A DNA stretch of 53,110 bases, taken from assembly GCF_001194135.2 (NCBI RefSeq), contig NC_069004.1, forward strand, positions 5,375,417-5,428,526, in the 5' to 3' direction. This DNA is from Octopus bimaculoides (lineage: Eukaryota). Shown piece after piece: positions 35,394 through 46,997 of the stretch. Below the pieces are notes generated by a model. The model did not search any database. It worked only from the letters and a program-made list of their open reading frames with translations, and had not been told where the DNA came from. How positions within the stretch are numbered: the stretch's first letter is position 1; every line of letters begins with the position of its first letter. The position numbers and the translations under genes are program-made.

Positions 35394-35395
<2 letters not shown>
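35249..35395. mobile_element. Head-to-head fusion of two family A 3' ends with tails on both sides
   Basis: (CAT)n left, (GAT)n right; orientation switches at the shared GCATGG 35362-35367. Confidence 0.8.
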
Positions 35396-35424
<29 letters not shown>

Positions 35425-35427
35425 AAT

Positions 35428-35665
35428 CAACCATATGGTTCTGGGTTCAGTCCCACTGCCTTGCACCTTGGGTAAGTGTCTTCTGCTATAGCCCCAGACC
35501 AACCAATCAAAGCCTTGTTGGTGGATCTGGTAGACGGAAACTAAAAGAAGCTGATTGTGTGTGTGTGTGTGTGTTTGTCCCCACGCCACTGCTGGACAAC
35601 TGGTGTTGGTTTGTTTACATACCTGTGACTTAACAGTTTGGCAAGTGACTGATAGACTAAGTACC
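35428..35665 (+). mobile_element. SINE family B with tail D, running into a gap
   Basis: aaccatatggttctgggttcagtcccactg...ggtagacggaaactaaaagaag, (GT)n, gtttgtccccacgcc. Confidence 0.85.
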
Positions 35666-37068
35666 NNNNNNNNNNNNNNNNNNNNNNNNNNNNNNNNNNN
35701 NNNNNNNNNNNNNNNNNNNNNNNNNNNNNNNNNNNNNNNNNNNNNNNNNNNNNNNNNNNNNNNNNNNNNNNNNNNNNNNNNNNNNNNNNNNNNNNNNNNN
35801 NNNNNNNNNNNNNNNNNNNNNNNNNNNNNNNNNNNNNNNNNNNNNNNNNNNNNNNNNNNNNNNNNNNNNNNNNNNNNNNNNNNNNNNNNNNNNNNNNNNN
35901 NNNNNNNNNNNNNNNNNNNNNNNNNNNNNNNNNNNNNNNNNNNNNNNNNNNNNNNNNNNNNNNNNNNNNNNNNNNNNNNNNNNNNNNNNNNNNNNNNNNN
36001 NNNNNNNNNNNNNNNNNNNNNNNNNNNNNNNNNNNNNNNNNNNNNNTTATACATAAGAATAAAAATCGATTAAAAATGCAATAGAATAATATAAATAAAT
36101 AAATAAACAGCGATTAAAAGTTGATTAAAAATATTAGAGACTGGTACAAATACAGTAGAATAAAAATATATATATATAGAAAAAATATAGAGAAAAAGAA
36201 TAATACGTAGGGAGACGTAGCACAACAGTTCATTCGCTGAGGCCAATAGCCAATTAAAAAAAAAAATTCAAGACAAGTAGTACGAAAGTTCAACTACCTG
36301 CCTCATGACAGCAAATTTCGTAGGTAAAATCCAATTTCATAAACAGCAATACCGAAGTGCACGGGACAAAACAACAACAGAACATCCAAAGTGTGGCAAA
36401 GTAAAATCCAAGTTTCACCATTCCGCAGGTAACATCAGTAAAGTCAAACCATAAACCTCATTTACAGTGGATTACGAGTATAGGTGGAACACAAACACAG
36501 AACACCTATGGCCATTTCGGGGGTATATAGTTGCAAAAATTTACTAACTGCAGAATTATTTCCGGACTTAGCGCGCCAGATTGAAGACATTTGAAATGAT
36601 ACACTGAATGTAATTTGTAGAACTCTATACGTGCTCCTTTTCGGGTGGTCGTCTTGTGTCTAGTTCTGGAAATTGCATTGCGAATCGACGGACTACGCTG
36701 ACGATCCTGCAGATATTTACTTATGTAAATTTTAACAGGTGAAACCATGGTACGTGGGTTAATCGTTTTTTTCATTTAGTATTTTTTCATTTGTTTTGCC
36801 CTTTTACAGTCTGTTGTGTCACTGAATTTTTTACTGAGAACATTTATTTTTTTCGTGGTTAGATGATTCGGCATCTATTTCTAGCATATAGGAGTCTACT
36901 TTTGCTGGTCATTCCTCTTATTTTTGTATGTAATATAATTTTAATCTTCGAATTTTTTTAATATGTTAGACCACTGGTTTTAATTNNNNNNNNNNNNNNN
37001 NNNNNNNNNNNNNNNNNNNNNNNNNNNNNNNNNNNNNNNNNNNNNNNNNNNTATATATATATATATAT

Positions 37069-37198
37069 GGGTACAGGACGTCACCAATGGTGCAAATAAC
37101 ATGAAATACATAAACAACAAAAAATATGGAAAACAGGGCAAGTTAACACAGAGAAAGGAACCTTCATCAGTTGTCAGCTGTCTATCTACTCCTCGTAT
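37069..37198. mobile_element. Interspersed repeat fragment, possibly Penelope-related
   Basis: gggtacaggacgtcacc...ccttcatcagttgtcagctgtctatctactcctcg; CTGATGAAGG on the minus strand; single copy here, class uncertain. Confidence 0.35.
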
Positions 37199-37467
37199 AT
37201 ATATATATATATTTAGATATATATATGCATTTACATGTGGATGTTTGTTGTTGTTGTGTGTGTGTGTGTGTGTAGGGAGAGAGAGTGAAAATAAATTTGT
37301 TTTGATTGGGACATCAAGTTTCACTTAACAACTTATTGAACCAGTCAACTAGCTGAATCAACCATTAAGCAAAGCTCGAAATCCTAGTCAAAACGAATTT
37401 GGCAATAAATTTGATTCTAATTATCGTTGTGTCCTCATTAGTAAATTCTCTGTTGTAACAACACTGC

Positions 37468-37537
<70 letters not shown>

Positions 37538-37539
<2 letters not shown>

Positions 37540-37888
37540 TTGTCATCATCATCACCATCAATCATTTAACCTCTGTTTTCCATGCTAGCATGGGTTGGAC
37601 GGTCTGTCTATGGACTGGTGAACCGGATGGCTGCACCAGGCTCCAATCTGATCTGGCAGAGTTTCTACAGCAGGATGCCCTTCCTAACGCTAATCACTCC
37701 GAGAGTGTAGCGGGTGCTTTTACGTGCCACCGGCATGAGGGTCAGTCAGGTGGTACTGGAAACGGCCACTCTCAAATGGTGTTTTTACGTGTCGCCTGCA
37801 CAGGAGCCAGTCCAGCGGCACTAGCAACGTCCTCGCTCGAATGCTGCTTTTCACATACCACTGGCACAAGTGCTAGTAAGGCGACATG
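37538..37888 (-). mobile_element. RTE-LINE 3' end (family A), running into a gap
   Basis: Strong homology to 2418-2760. Confidence 0.9.
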
Positions 37889-38517
37889 NNNNNNNNNNNN
37901 NNNNNNNNNNNNNNNNNNNNNNNNNNNNNNNNNNNNNNNNNNNNNNNNNNNNNNNNNNNNNNNNNNNNNNNNNNNNNNNNNNNNNNNNNNNNNNNNNNNN
38001 NNNNNNNNNNNNNNNNNNNNNNNNNNNNNNNNNNNNNNNNNNNNNNNNNNNNNNNNNNNNNNNNNNNNNNNNNNNNNNNNNNNNNNNNNNNNNNNNNNNN
38101 NNNNNNNNNNNNNNNNNNNNNNNNNNNNNNNNNNNNNNNNNNNNNNNNNNNNNNNNNNNNNNNNNNNNNNNNNNNNNNNNNNNNNNNNNNNNNNNNNNNN
38201 NNNNNNNNNNNNNNNNNNNNNNNNNNNNNNNNNNNNNNNNNNNNNNNNNNNNNNNNNNNNNNNNNNNNNNNNNNNNNNNNNNNNNNNNNNNNNNNNNNNN
38301 NNNNNNNNNNNNNNNNNNNTCTATCTAGTAGAATAAGAAATACAAATCCTTGGTATAGTATTATAAATTTGAAAAAATGAATAAAAATAGCTTTTTTGAT
38401 AATTTTCCCACTTTAAGGATTAGGTGTTTATAAGTTTACAAAAGGTTGGTAAACTTATAAAAATCTTTTTATTAAAGTGCAAAAATCATCAGGAAAGCTA
38501 TTTCTATTCATTTTTTC

Positions 38518-38554
<37 letters not shown>

Positions 38555-39451
38555 GATGAAAAAATGTTAATATGAGAAGATGGAATGAACTGGCCTTATT
38601 ATAAATCACTACAATTATTTCAGTGCATTGCGATCAGCTGGTAATTGCTAAATGTTATACACATTATACACATCATTGCATTAACATGATCCAACAGTAG
38701 CTGTGTACCTGCATATCTTCAGGTGAGTAGGGTCCAGAGTACTGCCAGATAATCTCAAGTTTCCCTCAGTTTTATAGCCACGCCATTATGCTACTTTTAG
38801 TATTCCATTGACTAAGAACAGCACGGGAATACAAAGAAATACAAATGAAAAAAAATACCAAAATAAATTAATGGAAATAAAACAATAAAAATAAAAATAC
38901 CCATCCTTAACTAAGCACTTGTCTTAACTTCTAGGAAAATAAACGAATATTCTCAGATAATAAAATCATAAAATGATAAATTTGAACAATTACTTGTCTC
39001 TTGTGTCTGCTACCATTCCACTTCAAAGGAAATTAGTGAAATATAGTCAGTTTCTTAGAATGATGGGAGATCAAAACCTGTCTACTTACAGACTTAATTC
39101 TGGCTTTGTAGCATCACTGGTGCTGGGCTTTGTCCTGGTTGCGTTACAAGTCGTTAAGAGAAGCTATTAAATCAAGATTTACCTGCATGCACCTTTATAC
39201 ATACGCATACATTTATTTAACACTAATGTACATCCATATATCTATCTCGACAAACAGTCACACTTTTCGCTCTCATGAATATATATCTTTCTTTCCATGC
39301 TGCTGTTCATGTAAGCCTGTAAATACGTTCACATATAAATACTTTTTTCCATATTGATATCCGTTTATTTAGAATTTTGAGAACAAAAAAAAAAATATAG
39401 ATGTAATGCTATGGGGTAACCTTATTAGGTTTGTTCATGCCGACCTATATA

Positions 39452-39482
39452 CAGTGGTACCTCGTTTTTTGAGGTACTACTA
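39452..39482. mobile_element. Tigger-like minimal remnant consisting only of two terminal ends
   Basis: TA-CAGTGGTACCTC gtttttt GAGGTACTAC-TA. Confidence 0.45.
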
Positions 39483-39603
39483 CAAAAACCAGGACAATAA
39501 GCATAAAAAAGTAAAAACAGGGTTGTTGAGCCAAAACGATGTGAAGGTTATGAATGCTGGAAAAATGAGTTTTGAGAAGAGACAGGCAGAAGCACATCTT
39601 GTC

Positions 39604-40044
39604 TCATCATCATTTAACGTCCATTTTCCATGCTGGCATGGGTTGGACAGATTGACTGGAGCTGACCAGCTGAAGGGCTGTTCAGGCTCCATATCTGTTT
39701 TGGCATGCTTTTTACAACTAGTTGCTAGTAAGACATTCAAGTGAGATCGTTGCCAGTGCTGATGGACTGGCTCCTGTGCAGGTGGCACGTAAAATACACC
39801 ATTTTAAGCGTGGCCGTCACCAGTACCCGCCTGACTGGCCCTCGTGCGGGTGACACGTAAAAGCACCCACTACACTCTTGGAGTGGTTGGAGTTAGGAAG
39901 GGCATCCAACTGTAGAAACTCTGCCAAATCAGATTGGAGCCCGGTGCAGCCTCCTGGCTTGCCAGTCAGTCCTCAGTCAAATCGTCCAACCCATGCTAGC
40001 ATGGAAAGTGGACGTTAAACGACGATGATGATGATGATGATGAT
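39604..40044. mobile_element. Inverted pair of family A RTE 3' ends (39604-39720 minus, 39740-40044 plus)
   Basis: Tails point outward on both sides; the ~120-nt termini are reverse complements of each other. Confidence 0.85.
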
Positions 40045-40097
40045 TACATGGCCATACCAGTGCAGTCTTCTCTCTTGCATACAACATCTGATGCTAT
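40045..40097 (-). pseudogene. RTE ORF micro-fragment
   Basis: SIRCCMQERRLHWYGHV, the RTE W(F/Y)GHV motif. Confidence 0.75.
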
Positions 40098-40119
40098 ATA
40101 TAAATATGAATTTAAAATA

Positions 40120-40131
40120 ATGTTTCAACAG

Positions 40132-40170
<39 letters not shown>

Positions 40171-40434
40171 TTGTTTTGAGACATGTGAAATATATAACCA
40201 TTTAGATAAATATGAAATTAATACAAACAAATGTATATTTATATCTACAACATAATATGTATTATGCATGAGGAAATTAAATGTATGTTTAACGAGTGTG
40301 AGAAAAATATCTAAATGGATAAATAGAAATAAATTTGAATGAATGTATAATAAATTAGGCTGTGTGTGTGTGTGTGTGTGTGTGTAAATGTCTTTCTTTA
40401 TGCATGTGTATGTGGGTATGAATATATGTGCATG

Positions 40435-40467
<33 letters not shown>

Positions 40468-40546
40468 ATGTGTATATATGTATGTATTTATATATGAATA
40501 TGTATGTATATGTGCATGTATATGTATGTATATGTGCATGTGTGTG

Positions 40547-40577
<31 letters not shown>

Positions 40578-40740
40578 ATTTATATAAATTTAAGAAATGA
40601 ATATGAAATACGAAACTCTGAATATCAAAATAAATATATGTATATGCATTAGTGTGTAAATGTATGGGTATATGTGTGTGTGATAATGTATATATGTATA
40701 GATGTGTGTGTGTGTGTGTGAGAGAAAGAGAGAGACTGAC
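40120..40740. repeat. Compound (TG)/(TA) microsatellites
   Basis: Directly visible. Confidence 0.9.
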
Positions 40741-41064
40741 TGACTGTCTGTGTGACTGTGGGTAAATATGGATAGGTAAGCATAACTATAAAACTCGTCA
40801 TGAATAAAACTACATAACAAATAATAGCATATCAATGTAAACGAAATAAATAATGTTAAAAATAAATAATTATAAAATAAATACTTCGAAAATAATTATG
40901 AAATGAATAATTATAAGAATATATAATTATGAGATAAACAAACAAGAAATTAAACAGTAAAAGATAAACAAAAGATAATGGAAATAAACAAAACAAATAA
41001 CAGTACGAATAATCATAATAATAATAATAATAATAATAATAATCATGATGATGGTGATGATGAT

Positions 41065-41266
41065 TGTTTCAAATTTTGTCACAAGGGCAGCAATTTGGGG
41101 GGGGGGGATGAGTCGATTAAATCGACCCCAGTGTACTTATTTTTTTATTGAACCCGAAAGGATGAAAGGCAAAGTTTACCTTGGCAAAATTTGTACTCAA
41201 ATTGTGCAGATGCATGAAATGCTCCTAAGCATTTTACCTGGTGTGCTAACAATTCTGCCAGCTCAC
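41065..41266 (-). mobile_element. SINE family C
   Basis: cccgaaaggatgaaaggcaaag...ctaagcattttacctggtgtgctaac...ctgccagctcac. Confidence 0.85.
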
Positions 41267-41380
41267 TACTGTAGTAGTAGTTGTTGTTGTTGTAGTAGTA
41301 GTAGTAGTAGTAGTAGTAGTAATCATCATCGAAAGGCACAAGGTCTGAAATTTGTAGGTAGTGGGTAAGTGAATTACATC

Positions 41381-41671
41381 GAGGTTGTGAGTTCGAATCC
41401 CGGACCGGGGCTGCGTGTTGTGTTCTTGAGCAAGACACTTTATTTCACATTGCTGCAGTTCACTCAGCTGTAGAAATGAGTTGCGACGTCACAGGTGCCA
41501 AGCTGTATCGGCTCCTTTGCCTTTCCCTTGGATAGCACTGGTGGTGTGAAGAGGGGAGGCTGGTATGCATGGGCGACTGCTGGTCTTCCATAAAACAACC
41601 TTGCCCGGACTTGTGCCTGGGAGGGTAACTTTCATGCAATCCCATGGTCATTCATGACTGAAGAGGGTCTC
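41381..41671 (+). mobile_element. 5'-truncated SINE with a family G head and a different 3' module
   Basis: GAGTTCGAATCCCGG (B box), TTGAGCAAGACACTTTATTTCAC, CACTCAGCTG, then a tail not seen in other G copies; the last ~75 nt recur at 42297-42373. Confidence 0.8.
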
Positions 41672-42405
41672 AGCATATATATATATATATATATGTATAT
41701 ATATGTATATATATGTATATATATGTATAGAGTTAAAACATAAAGAAAATGCAAAGACGAGGGGTGAAAGAGCAACAGACAGGGTGTATCAGGTTGATGA
41801 ANNNNNNNNNNNNNNNNNNNNNNNNNNNNNNNNNNNNNNNNNNNNNNNNNNNNNNNNNNNNNNNNNNNNNNNNNNNNNNNNNNNNNNNNNNNNNNNNNNN
41901 NNNNNNNNNNNNNNNNNNNNNNNNNNNNNNNNNNNNNNNNNNNNNNNNNNNNNNNNNNNNNNNNNNNNNNNNNNNNNNNNNNNNNNNNNNNNNNNNNNNN
42001 NNNNNNNNNNNNNNNNNNNNNNNNNNNNNNNNNNNNNNNNNNNNNNNNNNNNNNNNNNNNNNNNNNNNNNNNNNNNNNNNNNNNNNNNNNNNNNNNNNNN
42101 NNNNNNNNNNNNNNNNNNNNNNNNNNNNNNNNNNNNNNNNNNNNNNNNNNNNNNNNNNNNNNNNNNNNNNNNNNNNNNNNNNNNNNNNNNNNNNNNNNNN
42201 NNNNNNNNNNNNNNNNNNNNNNNNNNNNNNNNNNNNNNNNNNNNNNNNNNNNNNNNNNNNNNNNNNNNNNNNNNNNNNNNNNNNNNNNNNNNNNNNCTTG
42301 TGCCTGGGAGGGTAACTTTCATGCAATCCCATGGTCATTCATGACTGAAGAGGGTCTCAGCATATATATATATATCTTTAGACAGTTCTTTGTGTATGTT
42401 TCCAG

Positions 42406-42569
42406 CAGTGATCAAGAGTGTCTGCTACTGTATGTACGTTCGCTGCAACATCTTCGCGAGAGACACACTCACTGACATCACACCACACCCCCAAAGAACC
42501 CCAAAGAACCCCTGCACCCACTCGCTCTCCATCCCCACCCCCTCCTCCAGCACCTATCGTTCACACTGA
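42406..42569 (+). CDS. Weak candidate exon: NAGNAG acceptor, either 24 nt (donor GTATGT at 42430) or read-through to TGA 42567-42569 (AVIKSVCYCMYVRCNIFARDTLTDIT...)
   Basis: ttctttgtgtatgtttcCAG|CAG acceptor, CpG-containing unique island; no homology recognised. Confidence 0.25.
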
Positions 42570-43057
42570 TTTCTGTGTCACCAACATCACGTCTGTGACA
42601 TACCGACAGCGAAAGATGCAACAGCATCCGTCTTTTTTTCTCTTTTTTTTGTTTGTTTGTTCTTTTTCTCTTCTCTCACATATATAACAACAAAGCCTTC
42701 AAATAAATCATATAGATGTTTCATATTGCTTTTATAATCTACAAACTACCATAGCACCTGTCAAAAATGACAGTGTTTATTTCTGTCTCTTTGTAGTAAT
42801 TCTTAACATCTTTACTTCAAATGTTGCTCTATATTCTTGGTTTTCCGTTTTATTTTCTTCCGATTTTTTTGGCATTATATTTACTTCACCCCCCCTCTCC
42901 GCGCCCATCTTTTGTTATTCTCGTTAACTCGCTCATCTCATTATTTCTTCTTGTGCCTTCAGAATTATTATTCCTATGTGACGGTGACGCTTGCTTACAG
43001 CTATAACATGATGTCGAGACAGGAAGACACGCTCGTACAAATGCAAACATACCTATC

Positions 43058-43461
43058 TCTCTTTACTCTTTTACTTGTTTCAGTCATTTGACTGCGGCCA
43101 TGCTGGAGCACCGCCTTTAGTCGACTCAAATCGACCCCAGGACTTATTCTTTGTAAGCCTTGTACTTATTCTATCAGTCTCTTTTTGCCGAACCGCTAAG
43201 TTACGGGGACGTAAACACACCAGCATCGGTTGTCAAGCGATGTTGGGGGGACAAACACAGACACACAAACATATATATATATATATATATATACATATAT
43301 ACGACGGGCTTCTTTCAGTTTCCGCCTACCAAATCCTCTCACAAGGCTTTGGTCGGCCCGAGGCTATAGAAGACACTTGCCCAAGGTGCCACGCAGTGGG
43401 ACTGAACCCGGAACCATGTGGTTGGTAAGCAAGCTACTTACCACACAGCCACTCCTGCACC
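43058..43461 (-). mobile_element. Full-length young SINE family B (head, core, microsatellite, tail D)
   Basis: All modules are intact with little apparent divergence; ends in a tctctttactcttttac tail. Confidence 0.93.
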
Positions 43462-43479
43462 TATACATATCTTTTTTTA

Positions 43480-44020
43480 CTCTCTTTCTATTTTTTTCCA
43501 TTCGCCAGACTGTGGCCATGCTGGAGTACCACCTTGAATTTTTAGTTGAATGAATTGACTCCAGCGATTATTTTTTAAAACCTGGCTCTTATTTCATTGT
43601 TGTCTTTGACCGAAGTGCTAGCCTATGGGGACATAAACACACCAATTCTAGTTGCCAAGCAGTAGTGGGGGTCTCTCACACACACACACACACAGAATGA
43701 GCTTCTTTCAGTTTCTTATTTCTTTACTACCCACAAGGGGCTAAACATAGAGGGGACAAACAAGGGATTAAGTCGATTACATCAACCCCAGTGCGTAACT
43801 GGTACTTAATTTATCGACCCCCAAAACGATGAAAGGCAAAGTCAACCTCGGCGGAATTTGAACTCAGAACGTAACAGCAGACGAATTACCGCTAAGCATT
43901 TCGCCCAGCGTGTTAAAGATTATGCCAGCTTGACACCTTTTTCAGTTTCTTTCAGTTTCTGCCTACTAAATCCACTCGCAAAGCTTTGGCCAGCCTTGGG
44001 CTTTATCAGAAGCCTTCTTT
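43480..44020 (-). mobile_element. SINE family B interrupted by a family C SINE at 43716-43937
   Basis: Host sequence resumes after the insert; CTTTCAGTTTC duplicated at 43705-43715 and 43949-43959. Confidence 0.85.
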
Positions 44021-44066
44021 TAGTTTGTGTTTATTGAATCTGATCACAAGGCCTGGAGCCATAATA

Positions 44067-44282
44067 CTAAGTTTAGGAAAATGTTTGTGCGTCATGTTAA
44101 AATAATGGTTTTTTATGCAAGAATTTATTCAAAAACAACAACTATTCTTCAAAATAAAGACCATCATTTTCTGCGACCTTCCGCCAAAGATCTGCAAGCT
44201 TTTGGATTTGGTCAAAGTACCAATACTTCAGCTTTGAATCGAAAAATTCTTGACAGGATTCTTCAGCTTCATCGAATGAAAG
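44067..44282 (-). pseudogene. Mariner transposase C-terminus plus 3' TIR
   Basis: SFDEAEESCQEFFDSKLKYWYFDQIQKLADLWRKVAENDGLYFEE* matches the mariner/SETMAR-type C-terminal helix (F..K...Y...I.KL..RW.K.....G.YF); TIR-like end at 44067 flanked by TA. Confidence 0.88.
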
Positions 44283-44514
44283 AAGCCCATCGTTTATATA
44301 TGCGTGCATGTGTGTGTGGAAGGCAGACATTAAACGATGATGTTGATGATGTTATATATATATATGTTTGTGTGTGTGTGTGTGTGTGTATATATACAAA
44401 TATATGTGTATATATACAAATATATGTGTATATATACATATATATGCGTATATATACATATATATGTGTATATATATATTTATATGTATATATATATATA
44501 TGTGTGCATGTATC

Positions 44515-44700
44515 TGTGTTTGTCTCCCTACCTTCACTTGGCAACTAATGTTGCTGTGTTTACATCCCCGTAACTTAGCGGTTCGGCAAAATAAACAAAG
44601 AATAAGTCCCAAGGTCGATTTCTTTGACTAAAACCCTTTAAGGCGGTGCTCCAGCATGGCCGCAGCTGGATGACTGAAACATGTAAAAGAATAAAAGAAA
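44515..44700 (+). mobile_element. SINE tail module D
   Basis: gtgtttacatccccgtaacttagcggttcggcaaaa...ggcggtgctccagcatggccgcag...gactgaaac. Confidence 0.85.
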
Positions 44701-45432
44701 TAATCAATAAAAATGTAAAGGATATAATATTTCAAATGAAAGAACTTAAATATTACTGAATATAAAATTTACAATTTTTTTTTTTAAATTGAAGAAGAAA
44801 TTGAATGAGAACGAAAAAATAGAAGTATATAAATTTTTAAGCTAATTGAGAGGAATTAAATATGTAAAATGAATAAATAATTTGGTAAATAAAAACTTTG
44901 GAAAATGCTGGAAAAAAATTTAAATAAATATTTGAAAAATTTAAAAAAAAACTACAAGTAATTAACATAAATAAATAGGTAAATAAATAAATAAATAAAA
45001 TCTAGGAAAAATAACTTTAAAAATGAAACAAATCAGGAATTAAATAAGAAATTTCATCTCATGAAGTTTAGAAAAATAAAATAAAATAATTTTTTTTTTT
45101 TTAAATCGCATAATTAAAAATAAAAAAAAATAAAGAGAGTTGTTGGTAAAATAAATAAATATAATATATAAAATGTTGAAGTTTTANNNNNNNNNNTTTT
45201 TGAAGTGTCTTCAACTTTTAAAAATTTCGAATCACAAACGAACTTACTGATTAATGAAGCAAAATTTTAAAAACACTTTTAAAAATTTTTTTCTTGTATG
45301 ACAACAAGAATGAGAACAAGAGCAATACCACTAACAACAACAGAAAGAACATGTTGGGGTAGTAGTAGTGGTAGTAGTAAAACTGGGGTGGGTTTAGTGG
45401 TGGTGGTGGTGGTTGTAGTAGTGCCCTTCATA

Positions 45433-45668
45433 AGGCCAACCACTCCGAGAGTGTAGTGGGTGCTTTTACGTGACACCGGCACGAGGGCCAGTCAGGTGGT
45501 TCTGGCAACGACCACGCTCAAAAGGTGTTTTTTACGTGTCATGGGCACATGTGCCAGTAAGGCGACTCTGTCAACGATCACGCTGGAATGGTGGTTTTCA
45601 CGTGCCACCAGGATGGGAGCCAATCTGTGGCCCTGGCAATGATCACACTCGATGTGCTTTTAACAATA
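45433..45668 (-). mobile_element. Family A internal fragment with subrepeats
   Basis: gccaaccactccgagagtgtagtgggtgcttttacgtgacaccggc... Confidence 0.85.
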
Positions 45669-46034
45669 ATTCATTCAATGTTATGTTCTACTGATTCTGT
45701 TAGATACCTGCTTTCCGAATCAATGTTCTTTTACTGAAGAAAGTGGAGTCCTTGTATTTTAAATGACATACAGTAATGAGTATGTTAATTAGTTTAAAAT
45801 TCTGTAAACAAAAAAAAAAACAAAAAGAAAAAAATCTGAATTTCATTAGAGATAATTAAATTAAAATACACAAAATAACTTTTGTATTTCTTAATTTTAA
45901 TCCTAATTAACAATGTTTTCCACACACACCACATGCACACACATATATGATGTGAATGTATTTAGTGTTTGTGTGTGTGTGTGGGGGGGGGGGTGTATAT
46001 GTATACATGCACACACACACACTCATCTTTTATT

Positions 46035-46412
46035 TTTGTCATTGGAGTGTGACCATACTGGGGCACCACCTTGAAGAATTTTAGTAAAGTGAATCAACTC
46101 TGAGTTTTTTTGTCTTTTTTTCTTGAAGCCTGTTACTTATTCCATCAGTCTCTTTTGCTGAACTGCTAGATTATGGGGACGTAGACAAACTAACACCAGT
46201 TGTCAAGCAGCAGTGGGGGACAAACAGCCACCCACACACATATATATGATGAGCTTCTTTCAGTTTCACCTACTAAATCCACTCACAAGGCTTTCATCGG
46301 CCCAAGGCTATAGAAGAAGACACTTGCCCAAAGTGCTGTGCTGTTGAACTGAACCCAGAGCCATGCGGGTGGGAAGCAAACAAGCAAGCTTACCACCCAA
46401 CCACACCTGCGC
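46035..46412 (-). mobile_element. SINE family B with tail D, degenerate full-length copy
   Basis: Colinear with 43058-43461. Confidence 0.85.
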
Positions 46413-46485
46413 TTATATATTCGTGTTTTAAGTTCTATCTATTTTTCCTGTTTGCATCACCAAACCCCCCTCTCTCTCTCTCTCT

Positions 46486-46536
<51 letters not shown>

Positions 46537-46769
46537 CAGTTCACAGATGAGATCCAGAGATTCCTTGTATAGAGGACACTTAGTAGTACTCAAAAGTTTC
46601 AAATGCATCTGAATAATAGAGTAGTAGATTGTCTCGGTGTGTGAGTGCAATATTCAAGTGAGTCTGAATGCAGTGCTACATGATACACAAGTGAGTCTGA
46701 ATGCAGTGCATAATATTCATTTTCAATTATTAAACATGAAACAAATCTGCTATATTTTACCTTTTCTAG

Positions 46770-46946
46770 TCATTAGACTGTGGCCATGCTGGGGCTGCTG
46801 GTACTTACTGGTACTTACTGCTGGCTATGTTGATACTTACTGTGGCCACGCTGGTACTTATTCTATATCAGTCTCTTTTGCTGAACCACTTAGTTACGGG
46901 GACGGTTGTCAAGTGATGATGGGGAAGGGAGAAACACAGATGCACA

Positions 46947-46997
<51 letters not shown>

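Noticed and set aside
36542-36553. Perfect TACTAAC branch point followed by TGCAG
   Set aside because: The branch point is only about 6 nt from the AG, too close for a functional acceptor
37160-37175. CTGATGA on the minus strand as a third hammerhead
   Set aside because: No stem II or GAAA box follows at the required spacing
38624-38722. 99-nt plus-strand exon using the tttcag acceptor at 38623
   Set aside because: Stops in all three frames; it could only be non-coding, and no support is available
41610-42373. Identical ~75-nt sequence on both sides of the 41802-42296 gap
   Set aside because: Exact duplication next to a gap and a (TA)n run is most simply an assembly overlap or haplotype artefact; long reads would be needed to call it a real duplication
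44027-44548. 173-aa plus-strand ORF
   Set aside because: It is the antisense of the mariner relic plus a microsatellite
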